From Mustelus asterias (Eukaryota), in NCBI RefSeq assembly GCF_964213995.1, contig NW_027590141.1:682001-746000 (forward strand): 64,000 bases of DNA. Reading direction: 5' to 3'. The stretch's first letter is position 1. Every line of letters begins with the position of its first letter. The notes below the pieces were generated by a model, which saw only the letters and a list, made by a program, of their open reading frames with translations, searched no databases and had not been told where the DNA came from. Position numbers and translations under genes: made by a program. This document shows, one piece after another, positions 24,679 through 36,139 of this stretch.

Positions 24679-25561
24679 TACAGAGGAGGTCCCAGAGGAT
24701 TGGAGAATAGCCAATCTTGTTCCTTTGTTTAAGAAGAGTAGCAAGAACAAGCCAGGGAATTACAGGCTGGTGAGCATTACATCAGTGGTAGGGAAATTAT
24801 TGGAGTGGATTCTTCAAGATAGGATTTATTCCCACTTGGAAACAAGTGGACGTATTAGCAAGAAGCAACATGGTTTTGTGAAGGGGAGGTCGTGTCTCAC
24901 TAAAGTGATTGAGTTTTTCGAGGAAGTGACGAAGATGATTGATGAGGGTAGGGCAATGGATGTTGTCTACATGGACTTCAGTAAGGCCTTTGACAAGGTC
25001 CCTCAAAATGTAACTGGTTTGATGAGTAAGTCTGCGGACGACTCAAAGGTGAGTGGATTTGCGGATAGCGATGAGGACCATCAGAGGATACAGCAGGATA
25101 TAGATTGGTTGGAGACGTGGGCGGAGAGATGGCAGATGGAGTTTAATCTGGACAAATGTGAGGTAATGCATTTTGGAAGGTCTAATACAGATAGGAAATA
25201 TACAGTAAATGGCAGAACCCTTTAGAGCATTGATAGGCAGAGGGATATGGGTGTACAGGTACACAGGTCATTGAAAGTGGCAATGCAGGTGGAGAATGTA
25301 GTCAAGAAGGCATACGGCATGCTTGCCTTCATCGGCCGGGGTATTGAATTTAAAAATTGGCAAGTCATGTTGCAGCTTTATAGAACCTTAGTTAGGCCGC
25401 ACTTGGAATATAGTGTTCAATTCTGGTCGTCACACTCCCAGAAGAATGTGTAGGCTTGGAGAGGGTGCAGAAAAGATTTACCAGGATGTTGCCTGGTATG
25501 GAGGGCATTCGCTATGAGGAGAGGTTGGAGAAACTTGGTTTGTTCTCACTGGAATGACAGA

Positions 25562-25817
25562 GAATCATAGAATCATAGAAACCCTACAGTACAGAAAGAG
25601 GCCATTCGGCCCATCGAGTCTGCACCGACCACAATCCCACCCAGGCCCTATCCCCATATCCCTACATATTTACCCACTAATCCCTCTAACCTACGCATCT
25701 CAGGACACTAAGGGCAATTTTTAGCATGGCCAATCAACCTAACCCGCACATCTTTGGACTGTGGGAGGAAACCGGAGCACCCGGAGGAAACCCACGCAGA
25801 CACGAGGAGAATGTGCA
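25562..25817 (-). mobile_element. 5'-truncated HE1-type SINE nested in CR1
   Basis: catagaatcatagaa tail and V-domain, reverse complement. Confidence 0.88.
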
Positions 25818-26349
25818 GGTTGAGGGGCGACCTGATAGAAGACTACAAGACTATGAGAGGCAGAGAGAGTGGATAGTCAGAAGCTTTTTCCCAGGGTGGA
25901 AGACCCAATTACTAGGGGGCACAGGTTTAAGGTGCGAGGGGCAAGATTTAAAGGAGATGTACAAGGCAGGTTTTTTTACACAGAGGGTGGTGAGTGCCTG
26001 GAACTTGCTGCCGGGGGAGGTAGTGGAAGCAGATACGATAGTGACTTTTAAGGGGCGTCTTTACAAATACATGAATAGGATGTGAATGGAGAGATATGGT
26101 CCCCGGAAGGATAGGGGTTTTAGTTAAGTTGGGAAGAATGGTCAGTGCAGGCTTGGAGGGCCAAAGGGCCTGTTCCTGTGCTGTAATTTTCTTTGTTCTT
26201 TGTAAGTCATCTATATCAATTGTAAAACGTTGGAGCCCCAGCACTATACCCTGTGACAGCACTCATTACATCTTGACAACCAGAAAACGACCTACATATG
26301 CTGAGTGTTTCCTGCTAGCTATCCAATCTTCTATCCAAGCCAATATGAT

Positions 26350-26683
26350 GGGGTGGCACGGTAGCACAGTGGTTAGCACTGCTGCTTCACAGCTCCAGGG
26401 ACCTGGGTTTGATCCCGGCTCGGAGTGGAGTTTGCACATTCTCATCGTGTCTGCGTGGGTTTCCTCCGGGTGCTCCGGTTTCCTCCCACAGTCCAAAGAT
26501 GTGCGGGTTAGGTTGATTGGCCAGGTTAAAAATTGCCCCTTAGAGTCCTGAGATGCGCAGGTTAGAGGGATTAGTGGGTAAAATATGTAGGGAAATGGGG
26601 GTAAGGCCTGGGTGGGATTGTGGTTGGTGCAGACTCGATAGGCCGAATGGCCTCTTTCTGCACTGTAGGGATTCTGTGATTGT
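26350..26683 (+). mobile_element. HE1-type V-SINE
   Basis: Head, V-domain and tail present. Confidence 0.9.
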
Positions 26684-26974
26684 ATGTTATCCCCACAGCT
26701 TTTATTTGTTGCAATAACCTTTGATGTGGTACCTTATCAAATGCCATCTGGAAATCTAAGTGCATTAAAATGTACTTCAGGGAAGGAAATCTGCCATACT
26801 TACTGGGCCTGTTCTACATGTGACTCGAGAGCCACAGCAATGTGTTTGACTCGCAAATGTCCTCCAAGGGTTTCAAGGGATGGGCAATAAATGTTACCCC
26901 AATAAATGTTGGCCAGCCAGGGACGTGTCCCACAAATGAATAAAAATGTGTGGAATGTACAGACTGGGGAACAA

Positions 26975-27350
26975 TGGGTGGGGGCGGGGCTCCCGGGTCC
27001 GTGCGCCTGAACCCGGAGACGTCACCGCGAAGCAGAGTGATTGCTATTGGCTGATTCAGGCAGGGCTCCATTGTGCCGTCACAATGACTTAGAGGGGCGT
27101 TCCCAGCACACAGTGTCCCATTGGCAGCAATATCACTGGTTACAGAAGCAGCACACTGCGGATTAGACACCAGCTCAGCGCGGCTGGCGGTCAAAGCCCC
27201 GCCCACCCCCACGTGGGCTCGGGTTCCGCCCTCTCATTATCTATATGCGGCAGATTGACCAATGGCAACGTGTGGAGGACCGGATGGGCGCTGGTCCTCC
27301 AGCCAATCAGAGTCCGGGCCTTGTATCAATGGCCGCGTGGAGCTTCCTGT
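26975..27350. promoter_or_regulatory. CpG-rich promoter upstream of ZNF 28995(+)
   Basis: GC boxes, GACGTCAC, three CCAAT/ATTGG boxes, TGGAGGACC/GGTCCTCCA palindrome. Confidence 0.65.
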
Positions 27351-27361
27351 GGACCTGAATG

Positions 27362-28242
27362 TGGGGGTTCGATCAGTAAGTTTGTTGATGATACAAAAAT
27401 TGGTGGTAAATAGCGAGGAGGAAAGCCTTAGATTACAGGAGGATATGGACGGGCTGGTCAGATGAGCAGAACAGTGGCAAATGTAATTTAACCCCCTAAA
27501 GTCCAAGGTGATGCGTTTTGGGAGGATGAACAAGGCAAGGGAATAGACAATGAACAATAGGACACCAGGAAGTACAGAGGACCAGAGGGACCTTGGGGCG
27601 CATGTCCATAGGACCCTGAAGATAGTAGGACAAATTGATAAAGTGGTTCAGAAGGATATGGGATACTTGCCTTTTTTAACCAAGGCATAGAATATTCGAG
27701 CAAGCAAGTTATGATTGAGCTGTATAAAAAGCGAGAGTACTGTCTGCAATTCGGATCGCCACATTTTAGCAAGGATGTGATTGCTCTAGAGAAGGTGCAG
27801 AGGAGATTCACCAGGATGCTGCCTGGGCTGGAAAGTTTCAGCCATGAAGAGAGGCTGGTGAGGCTGGAATTGTTCTCCCTCATTCAGAGAAGGCTGAGGG
27901 GGCCCTGATTGGGGTGGACAAAAATATGAACCCTTAGTTCAAGTAACCTTAGTCGCTGGGTCAACTTCCAGATTTAAGGTGAGAGGCAGGAGATTTAGCG
28001 GGGAATTGAGGGAAAAGATTTTCACCCAGAGGGTTGTGGAATTGGAAACTCACTGCCTGAAAGGGTGGTAGAGGTGGGAACGCTCAACATTACGAAGCAT
28101 TTAGATGAGCACTTGAAATACCATAGCTTACAAGGCTACTACTGACCAAATGGTGGAAGGTGGGATTAGAACAGATCGATGCTTGAGAGCTGGCACAAAT
28201 TCGATGGACCAAAGGGCCTCTTGCTGTGCTTTAAAACTCTGA
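27362..28242 (+). mobile_element. Degenerate CR1 3' portion
   Basis: ISKFVDDTKIGG; ALEKVQRRFTRMLPGL. Confidence 0.8.
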
Positions 28243-28994
28243 GGACAGAAATATGACCAGTGTTGTTATGTGATAAATATCGGATGGTTCTGCAATAAAG
28301 TACATTTATTATTATTTCTAGTCTTGTAATATAGTACTGTAGCTACATCATATATTTCCAGTCAGAGTCATTACAGCACAGGAGGAGTTCATTGGACAAC
28401 TCCAGTCCCTGCCGAGCAATTCTGTCAGTCTGGAGTGGGTCCCATTCTGTAACCCTGCAGCACCCATCCAATCACATTCAAAATTACTGACCATCTCTGC
28501 TTGACTCCCCTCACAGGCAGCAAGGTCAAGAACATGACCAATCACAACCCCCTGTATCTTAACCAACTTACAGATTTAGGGGAATGAGTGGGGAAAGAAT
28601 GTTCCTCAGAAACTTGAATTTTCGTTCTGAATTTTGATTCTGTATTGATGGTGATTTCTGCTGCAACTCCTTTACAGGATATCAGAAGGTGAAGATCCAT
28701 AGACGGAAATCCCAAACCAAACATCACATCAAGATCTGACAGTCGCTCAATTCATCTGGACCTCAACATCATCGACCTTTGAATCCAGAAGGAGAAATAT
28801 TTCTGTTTTTTCTGCTTCAGAAGGTTTAAACATCAGTGTGACTGGAAAGCACCAAGACACACACACACCCGAGTGAGAGTGTTCCAGTGCACTGTGTGTG
28901 GAAAGAGCTTCAACCAGTTACACAGCCTAAAAATACATCGCAGCGTTTACAGCGGGGAGAGACTGTACCCGTGTTCTGTGTGAGATTTAACTGA

Positions 28995-30377
28995 TTGTTT
29001 AACCTGGAGAGTCACAAGGACACCCGCACCAGGAAGAAACTGTGGAAATGTGGGGACTGTGGGAAGGGATTCAGTTTCCCATCTCAGCTGGAAACACATC
29101 GACACAATCACACTGGGGAGCGGCCATTCACCTGCCCTGTGTGTGGGAAGGGATTCACTCGGTCATCCAATCTGCTGAGTCACAATCTCACTCATACCAA
29201 TGAGAGACCCTTTAAATGCTCTGACTGTGGGACTGGTTTCAAAAGGTCTCAGGATCTGGTGTCCCACCAGCGCATTCACACCGGGGAGAGACCGTTCAGC
29301 TGCTCTCACTGCCCAAAGAGGTTTAGAAGGTCATCCCACCTGCTGTCACACCAGCGCATTCACACTGAGGGGGGACTGTTTAGCTGCTCTCACTGCACAA
29401 AGCAGTTTCAAACATCATCCAACCTGCGGAAACACCAGCAAGTTCACACCGAGGAGTGGCCGTTCACCTGCTCTGTGTGTGGGAAGAGATTCACTCTGTC
29501 ATCCAATCTGCTGAGACACCAGCAAGTTCACACTGGGGAGAGACCGTTCACCTGCTCCGAGTGTGGGAGCAGATTCACTCGGTCATCCAGCCTGCAGAGA
29601 CACAACGTCATTCACAACAGCGAGAGACCCTTTAAATGCTCTGACTGTGGGAGCGGATTCAAAAGGTCTCAGGATCTGATGGATCACCAGCGCATTCACA
29701 CTGTGGAGAGACCGTTCAGCTGCTCTCACTGCTCAAAGACATTTAGAAGATCATCCCACCTGCGGAATCACCAGCGAGTTCACACGAGGGAGCGGCCATT
29801 CACCTGCTCAGTGTGTGGGAGGGGATTCACTCAGTCATCCAGCCTGCAGAGACACAAAGTCACTCACAGCAATGAGCGACCCTTTAAATGCTCTGACTGC
29901 GGGAAAGATTTCAAAAGCTCTCACCAACTGTTGGTCCACCAGTGCATTCACACTGAGGAGAGACCATTCAGCTGCTCTCACTGCACAAAGAGGTTTACAA
30001 CATCATCCTACCTGTGGGAACACCAGCGAGTTCACACCAATGAGCGACCCTTTAAATGCTCTGACTGTGGGATTGGCTTCAAAAGGTCTCAGGATCTGGT
30101 GTCCCACCAGCGCATTCACACTGAGGAGCGACTGTTCACCTGCTCTCACTGCCCAAAGAGCTTCAGAACTTCATCCAACTTGCGGAAACATGAGCGAGTT
30201 CACACCGGAGCGAAACCGTTCACATGCTCTCTGTGTGGGAAGGGATTCAGTGATTCATGCAACCTGCGAGAACACCAGCGAGTTCACACCGGGGAGAGGC
30301 CATTCACCCGCTCTCAGTGTGGGAAAGGATTTAGTGATTCATCCCTCCTGCGGAGACACCAGCGAGTTCACAAGTGA
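28995..30377 (+). CDS. C2H2 zinc-finger ORF, 16 fingers (last has C to R); canonical ATG replaced by AGG, start uncertain
   Basis: 460 open codons; first in-frame ATG lies in finger 8. Confidence 0.7.
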   Translation: MFNLESHKDTRTRKKLWKCGDCGKGFSFPSQLETHRHNHTGERPFTCPVCGKGFTRSSNLLSHNLTHTNERPFKCSDCGTGFKRSQDLVSHQRIHTGERPFSCSHCPKRFRRSSHLLSHQRIHTEGGLFSCSHCTKQFQTSSNLRKHQQVHTEEWPFTCSVCGKRFTLSSNLLRHQQVHTGERPFTCSECGSRFTRSSSLQRHNVIHNSERPFKCSDCGSGFKRSQDLMDHQRIHTVERPFSCSHCSKTFRRSSHLRNHQRVHTRERPFTCSVCGRGFTQSSSLQRHKVTHSNERPFKCSDCGKDFKSSHQLLVHQCIHTEERPFSCSHCTKRFTTSSYLWEHQRVHTNERPFKCSDCGIGFKRSQDLVSHQRIHTEERLFTCSHCPKSFRTSSNLRKHERVHTGAKPFTCSLCGKGFSDSCNLREHQRVHTGERPFTRSQCGKGFSDSSLLRRHQRVHK

Positions 30378-30644
30378 TTACTGGTGTTGGATTCTGCTGT
30401 TATTGCTGCTGTTAATCACATCCAGGACTGAACAGTGTTCATTCTGACAGTTGGTGAAGTGGGAGGGTCGGAAGGTTTCTTTCTGCTGGACTGGCCAGTC
30501 TCCCAACTTTGCTTCCAGTGGGCTGATGCTCTTTGAGCCTGGGAGAGCACATTTCCACTGAAATGATCCACAAAAACTGATGAAGGACATTTTTTTATCC
30601 TGGATAGTAAAGAGTGCTTTTCCTACGACTAAGGTAGATTTAAA

Positions 30645-31375
30645 ATAAATACAGAAAGAACTGAAAAAACGCAGCAGGTCTGGCAGCATCTGTGGAGAGA
30701 GAAACAGAGTTAATGTTTCACGTCCAATGTAACTCTACTTCAGAACTAAAGAGAGGGAGAAATGTGATGGGTTTGATGCTGCTGAGAAAGGGGGGAGGGG
30801 CAGGGAGAACAAAAGGGAAAGTCAGGGATTGGTTAGAGGGCGGGTGAGATTCAATGACAAAAATGTCCCGGAACAAAAGGCAAAGGGAGAGGTAATGGTT
30901 GTTGTAAAGAAACAATAAGAAGTTTAACAACAGCAGGTTAAAGTCCAACAGGAACCTGGTGTTGTTAAAACTCTTACTGTGTTTACCCCAGTCCAACGCT
31001 GGCATCTCCACATCGTAAAGAAACAAAGCATTGGCCCAGAGTAAGTGTTAATGGTAGAATAAAGGACAGCTCTGTCTGGAAGCAAAAAAACATGAAAACA
31101 AGATACAGACTGGCACTCGGCAAATAAAAAACAAATCAAAATGTAGGAGAGAGTTCAGGGTGTGAAGTTGTTGAACTCAATGCTGAGTCCAGAAGGCTGT
31201 AAAGTGCCTCATCGGAAGATGAGGGGCTGTTTGTCCAGCTTGTGTTGGGCTTCTCCGGAACATTGCAGCAGGCCGAGGACAGAAATGTGAGTGTGAGAAC
31301 AAGGTGGTGAATTCTAATGGCGAGCGGAAGGTCAGGGTCATGCTTGTGGACTGAGCGGAGGTGTTCCACAAAGAG
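30645..31375 (-). mobile_element. Penelope family B 3' end with degenerate GIY-YIG C-terminus
   Basis: EHLRSVHKHDPDLP... on minus strand followed by pLTR. Confidence 0.75.
30916..31014 (+). mobile_element. Miniature Penelope family A inverted remnant nested in family B
   Basis: TSD gtaaagaaacaa at 30904-30915 and 31015-31026. Confidence 0.8.
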
Positions 31376-32799
31376 GGCAGGGAACAGGCTACAGATGAAT
31401 TAAAGAGAAACCATTTGTGTCCAGAACATTGTGAACATCCTTTTACTCTGGTTGTCTTTGATCCTCAAGTCATTTTCTGTTTGTTTTTAACCAAGTTCTG
31501 TTTCATTAATAAACTTTTATCAGTAAAAATTTGATTTTGCTGGACTTTTTCTGACTATATTGATGCACTTTCGGGAAAGCAGGTGAGAGGGGTTGGCAGG
31601 CTCTTTAACAGAAAGTGACTCCCTCTAAGGTAATTGGCAAAGGAGCCAGAGGGGGAGATGAGATTTTATTTTATTTTTTGACACAGCGAGGTGTTCTGAT
31701 CTGCCTGAAAGCAGATTCAATAGAATCTTTCCAACGGGTAAAGGCTTGAATGGGAAGAATTTGCAGGGCTGTGGGGAAAGAACAGAGCAGTTGGATGAAT
31801 CAGAGAGTCCTTTCAAAGAGATAGCAGGGGCACGATGGGCTGAATGGACTCCTCCTGCAGCCTGTCATTCTCAGCCTCCTGCTTCTGTGCAGGTTAAAAG
31901 GGACAGATTTCAGTGCAGCCTCTTCCCTGTATCTGTATTTAAAGAGACGGGTTTCTCTTTAGCTCTGAGTGACCGATATAACAATTGGTTGGAGGCCCAT
32001 TTCCCACTCAGTCCTCCAGCACCTCCCTGTCCCTCAATTAGTGCGACGCCCAGGGCAGTTTCCCAACTGGGGCGTAGGCCCCATTATTCTCAGCTAAATT
32101 CAGCCCTCAGCTCCGTCGCCTGGCTGTCATTGACACCAGCAATAGAGAGACCGAAAGGTGCCACAGGCTCAAATGGGACGTCGAAACGTGTGGCTTTAAA
32201 TGAACTGTTAACATCTCTGACAATCAACAATTTTTAAAAAATGAATTCTAAACCCAGTAAACAAATTAAAGATTCACACGACAAAACTTCAAGTTTTCTG
32301 ATGTTTATTCCAACAAACTGGAAGCAACAATGATTAAACACTTTTTATAGGGAACATAGCCCTTAAACTGTACAATTAAACTTTGCCCTTTTACTCTTAA
32401 CACCATTAAATATCCCACTCAATGGTCATATTTTACCCTGCCTTGGAATGTTCACACTCTTTCTCCAAAAACCAGCCCAAAGTGATTCTTCACTCCCCAA
32501 GGGTTTATTTCCATTGTTTTCCTTTTCCAGTCTGGCAACCTTTAATCCCAGAACTGTCCTTCACAGTGATGGTTCTCCTGGACATTTTCCCACTCACACA
32601 AGCAAGGTGAATCTTCCAGCCTTGTTTCACAATTCTCAGGAATTTGTGACCAACATTCGACATCGGAGCAGAAGTCGGCCATTTGGCCCTTTGAGTTTCC
32701 TCCACCATTTATTTACATCATGGCTGATCTACTTGTGTGGAGTTCCACATTCTCGTGCTATACCCGATACTTTTGATTCCCTTATCTAACAAGAATTGG

Positions 32800-32976
32800 T
32801 ATAAAGGCAAAATTCTGCTGTTGTTGGAATCTGAAACAAAAACAGAAAATGCTGGACAATCTCAGCAAGTCTGACAGCATCTGTAGAGAGAGAATAGAGA
32901 CAACATTTTGAGTCAGGATGACCCTTTGTCAGAGCTGAAGACAAGGAAAATCGGACAAAATTTATCCTGTGAGGGT
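32800..32976 (-). mobile_element. Penelope family B pLTR
   Basis: TSD caagaattgg at 32790 and 32977. Confidence 0.75.
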
Positions 32977-33223
32977 CAAGAATTGGGAAGCAATCTATTA
33001 AACCTCCTCTGAACCACTTTCAATGCATTTGTATCATTTCTTAAATAGGAGACAAAGCTGCACCCAGTGTTCAAGATGCAGTCTCAGCAACGCCCTGCAT
33101 AACGGAAGCAGAACATCTTTACTTCTATGTTCAATTTCTCTCAGAATAAAGGATTGCATTCCATTTGTAGGAACTTTGATTTATTTGAACTAAGATTTAT
33201 GGGCGTTCTCTTGTTTACAATGT

Positions 33224-33570
33224 CATAGAATAGAATGTCATAGAATCCCTACAGTGCAGAAGGAGGCCATTCGGCCCATCGAGTCTGCACCGACCACAAT
33301 ACCACCCAGGCCCTACCCCCACATATTTTACCCGCTAATCCCTCTAACCTACGCATCTCAGGACTCTAAGGGGCAATTTTTAACCTGGCCAATCAACCTA
33401 ACCCGCACATCTTTGGACTGTGGGAGGAAACCGGAGCACCCGGAGGAAACCCACGCAGACACGAGGAGAATGTGCAAACTCCACACAGACAGTGACCCGA
33501 GCCGGGAATCGAACCCAGGACCCTGGAGCTGTGAAGCAGCAGTGCTAACCACTGTGCTACCGTGCCGCCC
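33224..33570 (-). mobile_element. HE1-type V-SINE, full length
   Basis: Absent from the duplicate copy near 35090; caat duplicated. Confidence 0.92.
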
Positions 33571-33967
33571 AATAACCTCCCTAATCGTAAATCACACCAG
33601 GTTCCAGTGTCTTAACCATATGGCAAGAAAGAATACTTTAAATGGTGAATTCAGAAAGTTTGTTAATCATTAAAAATGTAACAAGTCAGAAAGATAAAAA
33701 ACAGAGTGTCGATTAACAGTGACTAGAGAAAGTTTAACATTAACAATTGTACAGACTTCTCTCCATCCCTCTCAGACCAGGACATGAAGTGACCGCTCCA
33801 AAAACGTGGATAACTTGTAAAACCAACAGCTCTCAACACCTCTCTGTAAACATATCTTCCTCCACCTCTCTCTACCTAATTGCCTTCTCAAGACCACTTT
33901 TTTATACTTTAAAAATGTCAAAAGACCATCTTAGCCAATTCCCATAAATCTTCAATTATGAATAGAT

Positions 33968-34924
33968 GGATCTGTTCTGGGACCCTTGCTGTTTGTCATT
34001 TTCATAAATGACCTGGATGAGGAAGTGGAGGGATGGGTTGGTAAGTTTGCCGACGACACGAAGGTTGGTGGGGTTGTGGATAGTCTGGAGGGATGTTAGA
34101 AGTTACAGAGGGACATAGATAGGATGCAAGACTGGGCGGAGAAGTGGCAGATGGACTTCAACCCAGATAAATGCGTACTGGTCCATTTTGGCAGGTCAAA
34201 TGGGATGAAGGAGTACAATATAAAGGGAAAGACTCTTAGTACAGTAGAGGATCAGAAGGACCTTGGGGTCCGGGTCCATAGGACTCTAAAATCGGCCCCG
34301 CAGGTGGAGGAGGTGGTTAAGAAGGCGAATCGGGTGCTGGCCTTTATCAATCGAGGGATTGAGTTTAGGACTCTGGGGATAATGATGCAGCTATATAAGA
34401 CCCTCGTCAGACCCCACTTGGAGTACTGTGCTCAGTTCTGGTCGCCTCATTACAGGAAGCATGTGGAAAAGATTGAAAGGGTGCAGAGGAAATTTACAAG
34501 GATGTTGCCTGGATTGAGTGGCATGCCTTATGAGGATAGGCTGAGGGAGCTTGGTCTTTTCTCCTTGGAGAGAGGTAGGATGAGAGGAGACCTAATAGAG
34601 GTATATAAGATGTTGAGAGGCATAGATTGGGTGGACTCTCAGAGGCTTTTTCCCAGGGTGGAAATGGCTGCTATGAGAGGACACAGGTTTAAGGTGCTGG
34701 GGGGGTAGGTACAGGGGAGATGTTAGGGTGAAGTTTTTCACACAGAGGGTGGTGGGCGTGTGGGATCGGCTGCCGTCAGTGGTGGTGGAGGCGAACTTAA
34801 GAGACTCCTGGATGAGTACATGGGACTTAATAGGATGGAGGGTTATAGGTAGGTAGGGATATGTTCGGCACAACTTGTGGGGCCGAAGGGCCTGTTTTGT
34901 GCTGTAGTTTTCTATGTTTCTATG
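33968..34924 (+). mobile_element. 5'-truncated CR1 LINE closely related to 18783-19817
   Basis: GSVLGPLLF...MQDWAEKWQMDFNPDKC; ttctatgtttctatg tail. Confidence 0.93.
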
Positions 34925-35892
34925 AGACAAAGCTGCACCCAGTGTTCAAGATGCAGTCTCAGCAACGCCCTGTGTAACTGAAGCAGAACATCTTTACTTC
35001 TCTGTTCAATTTCTCTCGTAATAAAGGATAACATTCAATTTGTCAGAACTTTGATTTATTTGAACTAAGATTTATGGGGTTCTCTTGTTTACAATAACCT
35101 CCCTAATCGTAAATCACACCAGGTTCCAGTGTCTTCACCATATGGCAAGAAAGAACAATTTAATTGGTGAATTCAGAAATTTAATTAACCATTAAAAATG
35201 TAACAAGTCAGAACGATAAAAGGCAAAGTATCGATTAACAGTTAATAGAGAAAGTTTAACATTAACAATTGAACAGACTTCTCTCCATCCCTCTCAGACC
35301 AGGACATGAAGTGACCGCTCCGAAAACATGGATAACTTGTAAAACCAACAGCTCTCCACACCTCTCTGTAAACATATCTCCCTCCACCTCTCTCTACCAA
35401 ATTGCCTTCTCAAGACCACTTTTTTATACTTTAAAAGTGCCGAAAGCCTATCTTAGCCAATTCCCATAAATCTTCAATTATAAACTAAAATAGACACGAG
35501 TTTTCAGATGATTTGAAAACAAATGAATTGTCTGCTGAAAGGGTTAACTTTTCTACAGAACCTAAAGGGATGGGGAGTGAGCAGAAAAAAATTGGCCCAC
35601 AATAATACCACTTTACACAAGTTTAAAAATCAAAACAAACTCGATTGTAAACTTCATTTCTTAATTTTTTTGTTGTATTCCATAACCTAATTATTTTTAT
35701 TTGATCAGTTTTTGTTAGGGATGGGTAACTTCTGTTCTTTACAAACTGCTTCATTCATTTTGTTGATTCTACATGGGCTCGGAGAATCAGAACCCAGACT
35801 TTATCATCCTCATCCTTTTTCCCCTTTTGCCACCACTCCCTCTGTTTTGCAGGAGGGTCGTGGGGATTCCAATCAGAACTAATAATTTCATC

Positions 35893-36070
35893 ATAAAAGT
35901 GAAATACTGCGGATGCTGGAATCTGAAACAAAAACAGAAAATGCTGGAAAGTCTCAGCAGGTCTGACAGCATCTGTGGGGACAGAATAGAGCCAATGTTT
36001 CAAGTATGGATGACCCTTTATAAGAGCTGTTATGAAATGTCTTCCAGACTCGAAATGTTGGCTCTATTCT
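35893..36070 (-). mobile_element. Penelope family B pLTR with inverted stub
   Basis: TSD ctaataattt(c/t)atc at 35879 and 36071. Confidence 0.75.
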
Positions 36071-36139
36071 CTAATAATTTTATCGATAAGTTTCTTGTTC
36101 TTAGTTTCCAAATAGCAGGTAAGAGACCTGTCCGGTCCC

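Larger units (their letters stand above)
23837..26202 (+). mobile_element. CR1 LINE ORF2 interrupted by Penelope (24245-24678) and HE1 (25562-25817)
   Basis: KSPGPDGIYPRIL, QHGFVKGRSCLT, DFSKAFDKVP, LVRPHLEYSVQFW colinear across the insertions. Confidence 0.88.
33049..35481. repeat. About 560-bp direct duplication (33049-33959 and 34924-35481) flanking a CR1
   Basis: gagacaaagctgcacccagtg ... cccataaatcttcaattat in both copies. Confidence 0.9.

Noticed and set aside
30423-30450. Iron-responsive-element-like hairpin with CAGTG loop
   Set aside because: Only 4 nt between the C and the loop, and the loop is not conserved in paralogs.
33747-33947. Paired ORFs MxRLLSIPLRPGHEV (also 35269) and MVKIVQSHN (36549, 58279)
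   Set aside because: Similarity reflects DNA duplication; non-ATG starts and no domain signal.
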